Shown: positions 54,963 through 64,000, numbered from the stretch's first letter. The stretch is 64,000 nt of DNA from Candidatus Moanibacter sp. (GCA_965215885.1 CBDCEW010000103.1:64001-128000), one strand, 5' to 3'. Numbers and translations are program-made. Notes: generated by a model not told the origin, from the sequence alone.

Positions 54963-55061
54963 CTTGGTAGACTATAGCAGCTTGTCTCCGAAATTAAAGT
55001 GAATAAAGCAATTGTGAATAAGTGGGGTTTCTCTCCTACCTCATGTTCCGCTATGCAAAAT

Positions 55062-56380
55062 CAGTACTGTCCGGTTATAAGTCAAACAACTCCAACTGTT
55101 TAGGAATGCGGTGTTCATTGAAAGTGTAATCGGTTTCTGTAAGTAGTTCAGTCATAGGAGTTTTCTCAAATAGGGTGAAGCTGAGAATCTGTAGGATTTT
55201 GTGCAAACTGATCTCCAGGCGAAGGCGTTTGCGGATGATGGCGATGAGCACATAGACGCTGACGGCAATCCAGATTTGAGTCTTCACAGCATTCTCGGAG
55301 GTGCCGAAAAAGCTCTTGATGCGCAAGTGCTGTTTGATCCATTTGAAGAACAATTCGATCTGCCAGCGTAAACGGTAAATCTGGGTGATGATTATGGCTG
55401 GGAGGGCAAACTGGTTGGTGAGAAACACGAAGCGCTCGGAACTGTCGGGGTCGAGGTAAGTGATACGCCGGAGTCTTTCGGGGTAGGCCTTGGCAGGATA
55501 GAAGCTGACCAGGGCAACGGTCTGGTCCGAACGCAGACCGGTTGATTTGTCGACCTTTTGAGAGTAGAGGCGGCGAAACTGAAAGCCGCGGCGGGCGCGT
55601 GTGACGAAGAAAGAACCGCATTGTGCGATCCGATAGAGGCGCTCGTAATGCAGATAGGCTCGGTCCATTACATAGTAAGCACCGGCCTCGGGGATGATGA
55701 GATCCAGAATGTTTACGTCGTGAACTTTTCCATCGGTAATCTCGATAAAATAAGGGATAGAGCCTCTGAGATCGAGAAGCGTATGGACCTTCACCGCCCC
55801 CTTGTGCTTGCGGAAACGTGCCCACGGGAAGAGTGATAGACATAGATCGATCGTGGTGGAGTCCAGAGCGTAGAGCGTATTGTCCAGGTCGATGCCCAGA
55901 TCCTCGTTTGAATACAAAGGACGAGCCATTGCGATGAGGACCTGTGCAAAGTCGGCGTAGATGCGCCAGTCTCGTTTCTCGTTGGCATCGGCGAGCGTGC
56001 TTTTGGATACTCCGCTTCGAATCCCTGCGTGGTATAGTTTTGGTTGTACTGCCCGCAGGCAGGTTTCGATGTCGCGCAGACTCTCCCGGTAGGTCAACTC
56101 GGCAAAACCCATGCAGAGAAATTGTTCGAAGCAACTGAACTTTTGAACTTTGTAGTCGCCTCCGTAGCGTTGGACGCAACGATGGAACTGATGGCGCGGA
56201 AGATAATCTATGATTTGAGAAAAAACGAATCGACCTGTATACATGATTTGGACCCTCGAAATTTTTGAGAGTCCACAAGGCTTTTTGCAATTTCAAGTCG
56301 AAAACAGCAGAAATCATATGTAAAATGTTGGTTATCAATCGATTAACCTGCGTTCCTAGAAAAACAACCGGACAGTAGTG
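55062..56380 (-). mobile_element. IS4-family insertion sequence, copy 1 (1319 bp)
   Basis: IRs CAGTACTGTCCGGTT / AACCGGACAGTAGTG; 9-bp target duplication ATGCAAAAT. Confidence 0.93.
55075..56244 (-). CDS. IS4 transposase (DUF4372 N-terminus)
   Basis: LDSTTI, MDRAY, YRLRWQIELFFKWIKQ. Confidence 0.93.
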   Translation of the reverse strand: MYTGRFVFSQIIDYLPRHQFHRCVQRYGGDYKVQKFSCFEQFLCMGFAELTYRESLRDIETCLRAVQPKLYHAGIRSGVSKSTLADANEKRDWRIYADFAQVLIAMARPLYSNEDLGIDLDNTLYALDSTTIDLCLSLFPWARFRKHKGAVKVHTLLDLRGSIPYFIEITDGKVHDVNILDLIIPEAGAYYVMDRAYLHYERLYRIAQCGSFFVTRARRGFQFRRLYSQKVDKSTGLRSDQTVALVSFYPAKAYPERLRRITYLDPDSSERFVFLTNQFALPAIIITQIYRLRWQIELFFKWIKQHLRIKSFFGTSENAVKTQIWIAVSVYVLIAIIRKRLRLEISLHKILQILSFTLFEKTPMTELLTETDYTFNEHRIPKQLELFDL

Positions 56381-56504
56381 ATGCAAAATATGTGCCAAAT
56401 CTCTCCGGAAGCGTCCGCAATTCTCATTTTCGCCCCAAGCCTAAGAATCGCTGGTAGGGAGCTTTTCGTCGGGTTGATTCATTAATCGGCGATATTTTCC
56501 AAAG

Positions 56505-57371
56505 CTAAAGCAATGTTCCCTCACCCGCAACTTTACCTCGAAATCTTTCCATAAACTGCTCGGTTACGGACCCCGGTTTACCTGTGCCGATTATCCGGCT
56601 GTCGACTTCCGTTACCGGTATCACCTCCGCGGCGGTCCCCGTTAAGAAGCATTCTTCAGCGACCCATAAATCATAGCGGGTCAGATCTGCCTCCTTCAAA
56701 GGGATGTCGATCTCCCTGGCGATGTCGATTGCAACCTGCCGCGTGATTCCTCTGAGGGCGCCGGCATTCGTAGGTGGAGTAATGATCGACCCCTTATGTA
56801 CGATGAATACATTGTCTCCCGTACACTCCGAGACGAAGCCCTGGTCATTGAGCATTATCGCTTCCATATACCCGCTGTTAACGGCCTCAAGTTTCGCCAT
56901 GATGTTGTTGAGGTAATTTAGAGACTTGATCATCGGTGGAAGCGCAGCCGGATTCGTTCTTCGCGAAGCAACCGTGATAATCTTGAGCCCTTCACTATAG
57001 TATTCCTCAGGGTACAGCTGAATCTTGTCGGCGATCACTATCAGCGCAGGGTCTTTGCACAGTTTAGGGTTTAAACCCAGCGTCCCGCACCCCCGTGTTA
57101 CCAATAATCGGATATAGCCGTCCTTCAGCTCGTTTGCACGGCATGTATCACATACGGCCTCCGAGATCTCCTCCCGGGACCATGGCAGATTCAGCATTAT
57201 CGCTTTCGCTGAATATTCCAGGCGCTCGAGGTGTTCCCCCAGTTTAAAGACGCATCCCTCATAGAGACGAATGCCTTCAAACACTCCATCTCCATACAAA
57301 AGGCCATGGTCGAATACCGATATCTTCGCATCGGCTTTTTCTACCATCTCTCCTCTCAGATATACCTTCAT
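56505..57371 (-). CDS. ilvE: Branched-chain amino acid aminotransferase
   Basis: DHGLLYGDGVFEG, IKSLNYLNN, LRGITR, ECFLTGTAAEV. Confidence 0.95.
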   Translation of the reverse strand: MKVYLRGEMVEKADAKISVFDHGLLYGDGVFEGIRLYEGCVFKLGEHLERLEYSAKAIMLNLPWSREEISEAVCDTCRANELKDGYIRLLVTRGCGTLGLNPKLCKDPALIVIADKIQLYPEEYYSEGLKIITVASRRTNPAALPPMIKSLNYLNNIMAKLEAVNSGYMEAIMLNDQGFVSECTGDNVFIVHKGSIITPPTNAGALRGITRQVAIDIAREIDIPLKEADLTRYDLWVAEECFLTGTAAEVIPVTEVDSRIIGTGKPGSVTEQFMERFRGKVAGEGTLL

Positions 57372-57432
57372 TGAATGTCCTGTCTCAGTCCACTCGACCA
57401 TTCAGTGTCGTGATTCATATATAACATCGCAC

Positions 57433-58751
57433 CAGTACTGTCCGGTTATAAGTCAAACAACTCCAACTGTTTAGGAATGCGGTGTTCATTGAAAGTGTAA
57501 TCGGTTTCTGTAAGTAGTTCAGTCATAGGAGTTTTCTCAAATAGGGTGAAGCTGAGAATCTGTAGGATTTTGTGCAAACTGATCTCCAGGCGAAGGCGTT
57601 TGCGGATGATGGCGATGAGCACATAGACGCTGACGGCAATCCAGATTTGAGTCTTCACAGCATTCTCGGAGGTGCCGAAAAAGCTCTTGATGCGCAAGTG
57701 CTGTTTGATCCATTTGAAGAACAATTCGATCTGCCAGCGTAAACGGTAAATCTGGGTGATGATTATGGCTGGGAGGGCAAACTGGTTGGTGAGAAACACG
57801 AAGCGCTCGGAACTGTCGGGGTCGAGGTAAGTGATACGCCGGAGTCTTTCGGGGTAGGCCTTGGCAGGATAGAAGCTGACCAGGGCAACGGTCTGGTCCG
57901 AACGCAGACCGGTTGATTTGTCGACCTTTTGAGAGTAGAGGCGGCGAAACTGAAAGCCGCGGCGGGCGCGTGTGACGAAGAAAGAACCGCATTGTGCGAT
58001 CCGATAGAGGCGCTCGTAATGCAGATAGGCTCGGTCCATTACATAGTAAGCACCGGCCTCGGGGATGATGAGATCCAGAATGTTTACGTCGTGAACTTTT
58101 CCATCGGTAATCTCGATAAAATAAGGGATAGAGCCTCTGAGATCGAGAAGCGTATGGACCTTCACCGCCCCCTTGTGCTTGCGGAAACGTGCCCACGGGA
58201 AGAGTGATAGACATAGATCGATCGTGGTGGAGTCCAGAGCGTAGAGCGTATTGTCCAGGTCGATGCCCAGATCCTCGTTTGAATACAAAGGACGAGCCAT
58301 TGCGATGAGGACCTGTGCAAAGTCGGCGTAGATGCGCCAGTCGCGTTTCTCGTTGGCATCGGCGAGCGTGCTTTTGGATACTCCGCTTCGAATCCCTGCG
58401 TGGTATAGTTTTGGTTGTACTGCCCGCAGGCAGGTTTCGGTGTCGCGCAGACTCTCCCGGTAGGTCAACTCGGCAAAACCCATGCAGAGAAATTGTTCGA
58501 AGCAACTGAACTTTTGAACTTTGTAGGCGCCTCCGTAGCGTTGGACGCAACGATGGAACTGATGGCGCGGAAGATAATCTATGATTTGAGAAAAAACGAA
58601 TCGACCTGTATACATGATTTGGACCCTCGAAATTTTTCAGAGTCCACAAGGCTTTTTGCAATTTCAAGTCGAAAACAGCAGAAATCATATGTAAAATGTT
58701 GGTTATCAATCGATTAACCTGCGTTCCTAGAAAAACAACCGGACAGTAGTG
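57433..58751 (-). mobile_element. IS4-family insertion sequence, copy 2
   Basis: Same IRs as copy 1; 9-bp target duplication ACATCGCAC. Confidence 0.93.
57446..58615 (-). CDS. IS4 transposase
   Basis: Two amino-acid differences from copy 1 seen. Confidence 0.93.
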   Translation of the reverse strand: MYTGRFVFSQIIDYLPRHQFHRCVQRYGGAYKVQKFSCFEQFLCMGFAELTYRESLRDTETCLRAVQPKLYHAGIRSGVSKSTLADANEKRDWRIYADFAQVLIAMARPLYSNEDLGIDLDNTLYALDSTTIDLCLSLFPWARFRKHKGAVKVHTLLDLRGSIPYFIEITDGKVHDVNILDLIIPEAGAYYVMDRAYLHYERLYRIAQCGSFFVTRARRGFQFRRLYSQKVDKSTGLRSDQTVALVSFYPAKAYPERLRRITYLDPDSSERFVFLTNQFALPAIIITQIYRLRWQIELFFKWIKQHLRIKSFFGTSENAVKTQIWIAVSVYVLIAIIRKRLRLEISLHKILQILSFTLFEKTPMTELLTETDYTFNEHRIPKQLELFDL

Positions 58752-59157
58752 ACATCGCACAGGTGAAAGCGCCATTAGTTGCATCGCCGACTCTATCCGA
58801 TGATCATGCGATTGAAAGTAAGAAATCAATCCCCACTTCCCCATTCGTTGCCCTTCATTCATTCGTTGCTCACTCTCCCCTTCCACCGACCACCCCTCTT
58901 CCAATCTGCCACTCCCTCTCTTTAATGAATCCGTAAGTGGCTCCTCTCTACTACTAACTCGAAAAGGTTTATTTTCTTACGAAGAAATTTCTTAACCGCG
59001 TACAGAACCCGTTGATGTTCAAGAAATATGGTTCTGTTCCTTCAAAGTGAAAGTCTCGCTAAGAAAATCTCAACGGAACATCCCGCTGAGCGGGACCGTA
59101 CGGCAGACTCTACGAGATTGCACGTTGAACAAATCCACGGTTTTCTCGAATCCGTGG

Positions 59158-59997
59158 TCAATTCTTCTTTATTCGCGTCCATTCGCGTTCATCTGCGGTT
59201 CCCCTCTTTTCCTCATTTTGGTTGCGGCTTCGCTGCGCTAAGAAATCCGTGATTACTCTCTTCTCCCGATACCTCAAGATCAACCAGAACAGGCGCTGTG
59301 CCTTCCAGTAACGCGGAATGAATTTGAACGGTTCCGCCAAACACCGCGCCAGCCAACCCAGGATCATCCGATCCATCCAGGGTGAAATAGGAGCCTGTCG
59401 CCCACTCAAGAAGGCAATCGCCGCTCCCGTACAAATAATAGCCGGATTGTATTCGAGGCGCTTCTTCAGATAATACCCCAATTTTTCCTGCACGCCGCCC
59501 CCTATGTTTACCAGAATGTAACGCGACTTCTGCTCTATCAGACGCTCCACCAAGTCCTCGTCCTCCACCTCATCCTTGGAGTAAATCGGGGCGACATAGC
59601 GACTCTCCTCCCCCACCATGATTCCCTTTTTCTCCAACCATTGTCGGTTCGCGAGGTCATCCTCCACACTCGGCATGATCCAAAAGGTTTCGCCACCCCC
59701 CTTAAACATCGCGTCTTCGATGAGTTGACTCAAGAAACGCAATCCCGACAGCCGCTCCAGCTTCTCCCCTCTAATCAGCCGCCAGCACAACACCATGAAT
59801 CCACTGTCCGTCAACGCCAGATCACATTTCTCCACCGCTTCCTGATACACTCGATCTCGCGGCAAATCCGCCAGTCCCGGACCCGATGGCACCAGCACCA
59901 ACCCCCCTTGGTGTACGCGTGCCACCGCCTCTTCCACACTCCCGGTAAAAAAGCGTATCCCAAGAATCGTCCTGAACGGTTCCTCCTTCACCCCCAA
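59158..59997 (-). CDS. WecB/TagA/CpsF family glycosyltransferase
   Basis: DSGFMV, RLSGL, IGGGVQEKLG, CTGAAI, LGWLARC..EP...PRY; the C-terminal tail reads into repeat sequence. Confidence 0.85.
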   Translation of the reverse strand: MGVKEEPFRTILGIRFFTGSVEEAVARVHQGGLVLVPSGPGLADLPRDRVYQEAVEKCDLALTDSGFMVLCWRLIRGEKLERLSGLRFLSQLIEDAMFKGGGETFWIMPSVEDDLANRQWLEKKGIMVGEESRYVAPIYSKDEVEDEDLVERLIEQKSRYILVNIGGGVQEKLGYYLKKRLEYNPAIICTGAAIAFLSGRQAPISPWMDRMILGWLARCLAEPFKFIPRYWKAQRLFWLILRYREKRVITDFLAQRSRNQNEEKRGTADEREWTRIKKN

Positions 59998-60052
59998 AGT
60001 ATCTCACTCCGGAATCCCCAGTATTGCCAACTCTTTTCTCCCTCGTGCCTAG

Positions 60053-60235
60053 CCCGGACATTTCACACACATCGTAGCGAGAATGCGTAGCTTGTTGCGG
60101 ATCAAGGCCTTTTCGCAGTCCGGCGGGCGATCCCGGCGTGCCGGGATTGGAACCCTCTGAGGTCGCCGGGCAAGGGAAGGGTTGGAGGCGCAGTGAGATT
60201 CGCAGTCGCAGCAGATGGTTTGTGAATTGTTCGGG
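60053..60235 (+). repeat. Family A palindromic element, copy 6 (extra hairpin in loop)
   Basis: CTAG-CCCGGACATTTCACA...TGTGAATTGTTCGGG with internal ATCCCGGCGTGCCGGGAT. Confidence 0.88.
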
Positions 60236-60459
60236 CCAGGTGTTTATTTTTGCAGAACTACCTGGATAAGTCGTCCAACATCCAACATAATGTCGCCGGA
60301 ATCTTAAGCCGTTCAAATACGGTTTTGGCTGCTTCAGAGGCAAAACTCATAGGGGAAATGAAAAAAATTCGCGAAAATCAGGCGAATTTTCTTCAAAATT
60401 GACTCGTAAGCCTTTGAGATTTGGAAAATTATGAGAAGCCTATATATCGTACCATAGTA

Positions 60460-61010
60460 AAGATCCTCGGGGCAAGCCCCGAGGCATTTTCAAAATAATC
60501 CCAACTCCAACTGCCCTTTATGCAATCGCTGGTAATTTGCCTCCTCACCTTGATTCGCGATATAGGCCGCGATCACGCTCTCGCTGCTGTGTTGCCCCAC
60601 CGTGTTTACGAAGTACCCTTTTCCCCAGAACTCTCCGCCCCACAGTTGCTTCTTCACCTCCGGTGCTTTCGCAAACACTTCGCGCGCAGTTACACTCTTC
60701 ACCGTCGTAACGATCCTCGTCGGACTGTAAGCCGGCACCGACTGGATCAGAAAGTGTGCATGGTCTCGATCTAATCCTATTTCCAAGAAGACAATCTCCC
60801 AGCGCTTTTCAATCTCGATGCAGGCTGCCCTCAGAACCTCGTCCACACGCTCACTCATCACAACTCGACGATACTTCGCTGCGCACACCAGATGATACAT
60901 CAGCACCGATACATTGTGACTTTTGTGGATGTAACGACTTCCCATCCCCTATCATCATATACCACTAAAGCCGAAGCAAGCTTCGGGGAATTGAACCCAG
61001 CGAGATTAAA
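60460..61010 (-). mobile_element. IS200-like element (tnpA only), boundaries approximate
   Basis: Subterminal hairpins CCTCGGGGC-AA-GCCCCGAGG (60465-60484) and CCGAAGC-AA-GCTTCGG (60971-60986). Confidence 0.8.
60490..60945 (-). CDS. tnpA: IS200/IS605 Y1 transposase
   Basis: YHLVCAAKYRR, DHAH (HUH), LWGGEFW..GYFVNTVG, YIANQ. Confidence 0.95.
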   Translation of the reverse strand: MGSRYIHKSHNVSVLMYHLVCAAKYRRVVMSERVDEVLRAACIEIEKRWEIVFLEIGLDRDHAHFLIQSVPAYSPTRIVTTVKSVTAREVFAKAPEVKKQLWGGEFWGKGYFVNTVGQHSSESVIAAYIANQGEEANYQRLHKGQLELGLF

Positions 61011-61088
61011 ATCGATAGCGATCACACGACTTACCACCACACCTTGCCTTCATCGCAATAGAGGATAAATCGTGAAGAGAAAGACTCA

Positions 61089-64000
61089 GTGAATTTCCTC
61101 AATCTCATTCTAAGAACAGCCACCGTAACCGCTTTAGTTTCGGCTAGCGCCTCTCTTTATGGCCAGGTTTTCACCTGGAATCTCGTTGGTGACGGAACCT
61201 GGGGCACGGCCGGTAACTGGACACCCGCTGGCGGTCCTCCCAACGCCCAAGGCGATACTGCCAATTTCGGTACTATCATCACCGGCAACCGTACCATCAC
61301 GGTCAATTTAAACGTCACAGTCGGCCAGATGGATTTCTTTCACGATACCGCCAATAGAGAGTACAATATCGTTGGCGCCAACACGATCACGTTTGATGCG
61401 TTGGCCGGAAACGCCACCCTCACCGTAAACATGCAGGACAAAAGTAGAATTGACGCCCCTGTTGTCCTCACCGACGACCTCGATTTCACAAACGCCAATA
61501 CGCAGGATTTCCGATTACAGGGCAACATATCAGGCGTTGGCAAAGGTATAAATCTGAAAGGGGGCCGTCTGACCTTCGAGGGCGGAGGCACCAGTTCCTA
61601 TACTGGGGATACAATAGTAGAAGCCGGCCAACTGCACTTAGACCGCTCGAGTTTCGATGGAGGCATTGCCGGGGACCTTGAGATTGGCAACGATGCCGGA
61701 GCCCAGGGCAGTGCCCTTGTCGATTATGCAAATGCCAACGACCAGATTTCCAATACATCGGCTGTCACGATCTTCTCCGATGGTAGACTCGACCTGACCG
61801 GTGAGAATGATCGGATCGGGTCTCTCGCCACCTCGGGAGCCACTCCACAAAATGCCCAGGTCTTTCTGGGCGGAGGTACCCTCACCGCAGGTGATGCCTC
61901 AAACACGACCTTCGCAGGAGTCATCTCTGAAACGGGCAAAATCGTAAAAGAGGGCAACGGAACCTTAATCCTGACAGGCAACAATACCTACTCGCCCACC
62001 ACCACGATCAACAACGGCATCCTCCAGATCGAGAACAATGGCGCTCTCGGCGGAACCGGCGGCGGCGACACTGTGGTCAACAGTGGCGGCACCCTCGCCA
62101 TGGCAGGCGGCATTACGACACCTACGGCCGAGTTTATCGACATCGCCGGAACGGGAGAAGGCGGGATCGGAGCGATCAGCAACACCTCGGGCTCGAACTC
62201 CTGGCGCGGCGACGTCGATCTCACCGGGAATGCCACCATCGGCGCCCAGGCCGGTACCCTCACCTTCACGAACGATAACCCCGTTGACCTGAACAGCTTT
62301 GACCTCACCCTGAAACCCGGCAGCGGAGCCTCTCTCGTCTTTGAGGGAGTCATTTTCGACGCTCCCGATTCATCCAACCTTTTCAAGGAAGGGCAGGGAC
62401 TTACCGTGTTTAAGGCTTCCAACACTTACGATGCTCTCACTACGGTTAAAGCGGGCACTCTTCAAATCGAAAACAATCTCGCTTTAGGCGCCTTCGGTGC
62501 CGGCGAAGGAACTGTCGTAGAATCCGGTGCCACCCTCGCCCTGGCAGGCGGGATCAATACACCTGACCCTGAGCTTCTCGATTTGAGCGGCACGGGAGAC
62601 ACCGGGAAAGCCGCGCTCTGGAGCCAGAGCGGAAGCAATGAGTGGGATGGCAACATCACTTTGAGCGGAACGGGCGCATCTTTCGGCGCCAATGCCGCCA
62701 GCACCTTAACTGTCGACGGTATCATTTCTGGAGGCGCGGCACAAACCGTGACCATTGAAGGTAGCGTCGTCGTTGAGTGGGCCGACCCGATGACCTACAC
62801 AGGGGCCACCAATATAACCAGTGGCACCCTGCGTTACGTGCAAACTCCAGATCAGATATCGGATTCCAGCGCGGTTACGGTTTCCGCGGGAGCGACTTAC
62901 GACCTTAACAATCTCAGTGATACGATCGGTTCCCTCGCCGGCGCCGGTAATGTCACCCTCGGCATCGCCACGCTCACAACGGGAGCGGACGATACATCTA
63001 CAACATTCAGCGGTATTATCAGCGAAACCGGAAACCTGGTCAAAGTCGGCAACGGAACCTTTACGCTAAACAACAACAATACCTACACCGGCACAACCAC
63101 GATCAACAACGGCATCCTCCAGATCGAGAACAATGACGCCCTCGGCACCGGCTTCTCGTTCGTTAACAGTGGCGGCACCCTCGCCCTGGCAGGCGGCATT
63201 ACGACACCTACGGGCGATTTCATCGACATCGCCGGAACGGGAGAAGGCGGGATCGGAGCGATCAGCAACACCTCGGGCTCCAACACCTGGCGCGGCGACG
63301 TCGACCTCGCCGCCAATGCCACCATCGGCGCCCAGTCCGGCTCCCTCACCTTCACGAGCGATGACGACGTTGACCTGAGGGGCTTTGACCTCACCCTGAA
63401 AGCAAGCAGCGGGACTTCTCTCGTCTTTGAGGGAGTCATTTTCGACGTTCCCAATTCTTCCAACCTTTTCAAAGAAGGGCTGGGACTTGCAGTGTTTAAG
63501 GCTGCCAACATTTTCGATGCATTGACAACGGTTAAAGTGGGCACTCTTCAAATCGAAAATGACACCGCTTTAGGCGCCACAGGGGTCGGAAAAGGAACTG
63601 TCGTAGAATCCGGTGCCACCCTCGCCCTGGCAGGCGGGATCAATACACCAGACCTTGAGCTTCTCGATTTGAGCGGCACGGGAGACACCGGGAAAGCCGC
63701 GCTCTGGAGCCAGAGCGGAAGCAATGAGTGGGATGGCAACATCACTTTGAGCGGAACGGGCGCATCTTTCGGCGCCAATGCCGCCAGCACCTTAACTGTC
63801 GACGGAATCATTTCTGGAGGCGCGGCACAAACCGTGACCATTGAGGGTAGCGGCGTCGTGGAGTTGGCCGACCCGATGACCTACACAGGGGATACTAATA
63901 TAACCAGCGGCACCCTGCGTTACGTGCAAACTCCAGATCAGATATCGGATTCCAGCGCGGTTACGGTTTCTTCGGGAGCGACTTACGACCTTAACAATCT
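61089..64000 (+). CDS. Large secreted protein with autotransporter-associated beta-strand (PATR) repeats, partial
   Basis: Not in the ORF track (no stop in window). GTG 61089: MNFLNLILRTATVTALVSASASLYG|QVFTWNLVGDGTWGTAGNW; repeated K.G.GTL.L...NTY...T.IN.G.LQI motifs. Confidence 0.85.
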   Translation, partial: MNFLNLILRTATVTALVSASASLYGQVFTWNLVGDGTWGTAGNWTPAGGPPNAQGDTANFGTIITGNRTITVNLNVTVGQMDFFHDTANREYNIVGANTITFDALAGNATLTVNMQDKSRIDAPVVLTDDLDFTNANTQDFRLQGNISGVGKGINLKGGRLTFEGGGTSSYTGDTIVEAGQLHLDRSSFDGGIAGDLEIGNDAGAQGSALVDYANANDQISNTSAVTIFSDGRLDLTGENDRIGSLATSGATPQNAQVFLGGGTLTAGDASNTTFAGVISETGKIVKEGNGTLILTGNNTYSPTTTINNGILQIENNGALGGTGGGDTVVNSGGTLAMAGGITTPTAEFIDIAGTGEGGIGAISNTSGSNSWRGDVDLTGNATIGAQAGTLTFTNDNPVDLNSFDLTLKPGSGASLVFEGVIFDAPDSSNLFKEGQGLTVFKASNTYDALTTVKAGTLQIENNLALGAFGAGEGTVVESGATLALAGGINTPDPELLDLSGTGDTGKAALWSQSGSNEWDGNITLSGTGASFGANAASTLTVDGIISGGAAQTVTIEGSVVVEWADPMTYTGATNITSGTLRYVQTPDQISDSSAVTVSAGATYDLNNLSDTIGSLAGAGNVTLGIATLTTGADDTSTTFSGIISETGNLVKVGNGTFTLNNNNTYTGTTTINNGILQIENNDALGTGFSFVNSGGTLALAGGITTPTGDFIDIAGTGEGGIGAISNTSGSNTWRGDVDLAANATIGAQSGSLTFTSDDDVDLRGFDLTLKASSGTSLVFEGVIFDVPNSSNLFKEGLGLAVFKAANIFDALTTVKVGTLQIENDTALGATGVGKGTVVESGATLALAGGINTPDLELLDLSGTGDTGKAALWSQSGSNEWDGNITLSGTGASFGANAASTLTVDGIISGGAAQTVTIEGSGVVELADPMTYTGDTNITSGTLRYVQTPDQISDSSAVTVSSGATYDLNN
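61980..64000 (+). repeat. Intragenic tandem duplication, period 1095/1086 bp
   Basis: AACAATACCTAC at 61980 and 63075; long near-identical DNA blocks (e.g. 62462-62755 vs 63548-63841). Confidence 0.9.

Noticed and set aside
55062..58751. Composite transposon carrying ilvE
   Set aside because: Each IS4 has its own distinct 9-bp target duplication, so these are independent insertions
60460..61010. TnpB/IscB RNA-guided system with the IS200 tnpA
   Set aside because: The hairpin ends closely bracket tnpA alone; no RuvC ORF
61340..63841. Minus-strand ORFs at the window end
   Set aside because: Antisense shadows of the plus-strand repeat protein

Overview
Chromosomal window from a Verrucomicrobiota bacterium, probably Opitutia (Opitutales/Puniceicoccales). 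The assignment is inferred from the Amuc_1098-1102-like secretin cluster, mcsA-mcsB-clpC without ctsR, eukaryote-type GlyRS/ProRS and an Opitutus-type glutaredoxin. The first 18.5 kb is housekeeping (lgt, CNNM, yajC-secDF-recJ, glyQS, dinB, glmS, trpE, sigma70, rpsA, hisG, orphan response regulator). It is followed by the pilus/T2SS-like cluster (18.8-28.2 kb). The rest is heavily invaded by IS elements: ten copies or remnants from about seven families, roughly a quarter of the window. Between them lie a truncated CAP-domain protein, a glutaredoxin, a frameshifted sigma54 activator, proS, a SYLF protein, clpC-mcsB-mcsA, ilvE, a WecB/TagA glycosyltransferase and a large autotransporter-repeat protein that runs off the end. 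Most intergenic spaces carry small palindromic repeats. The most novel-looking signals are four. (1) A ~174-bp rod-shaped palindromic element in six same-orientation copies with compensatory base changes. (2) A second miniature element family whose end overlaps gene stop codons. (3) An unclassified two-ORF transposase joined by an A9 -1 frameshift. (4) A DUF4338-fused ISAs1 with a C5T5 frameshift site. No rRNA, tRNA, CRISPR or reverse transcriptase was seen. All family calls are from motif recognition by eye; no searches were run.
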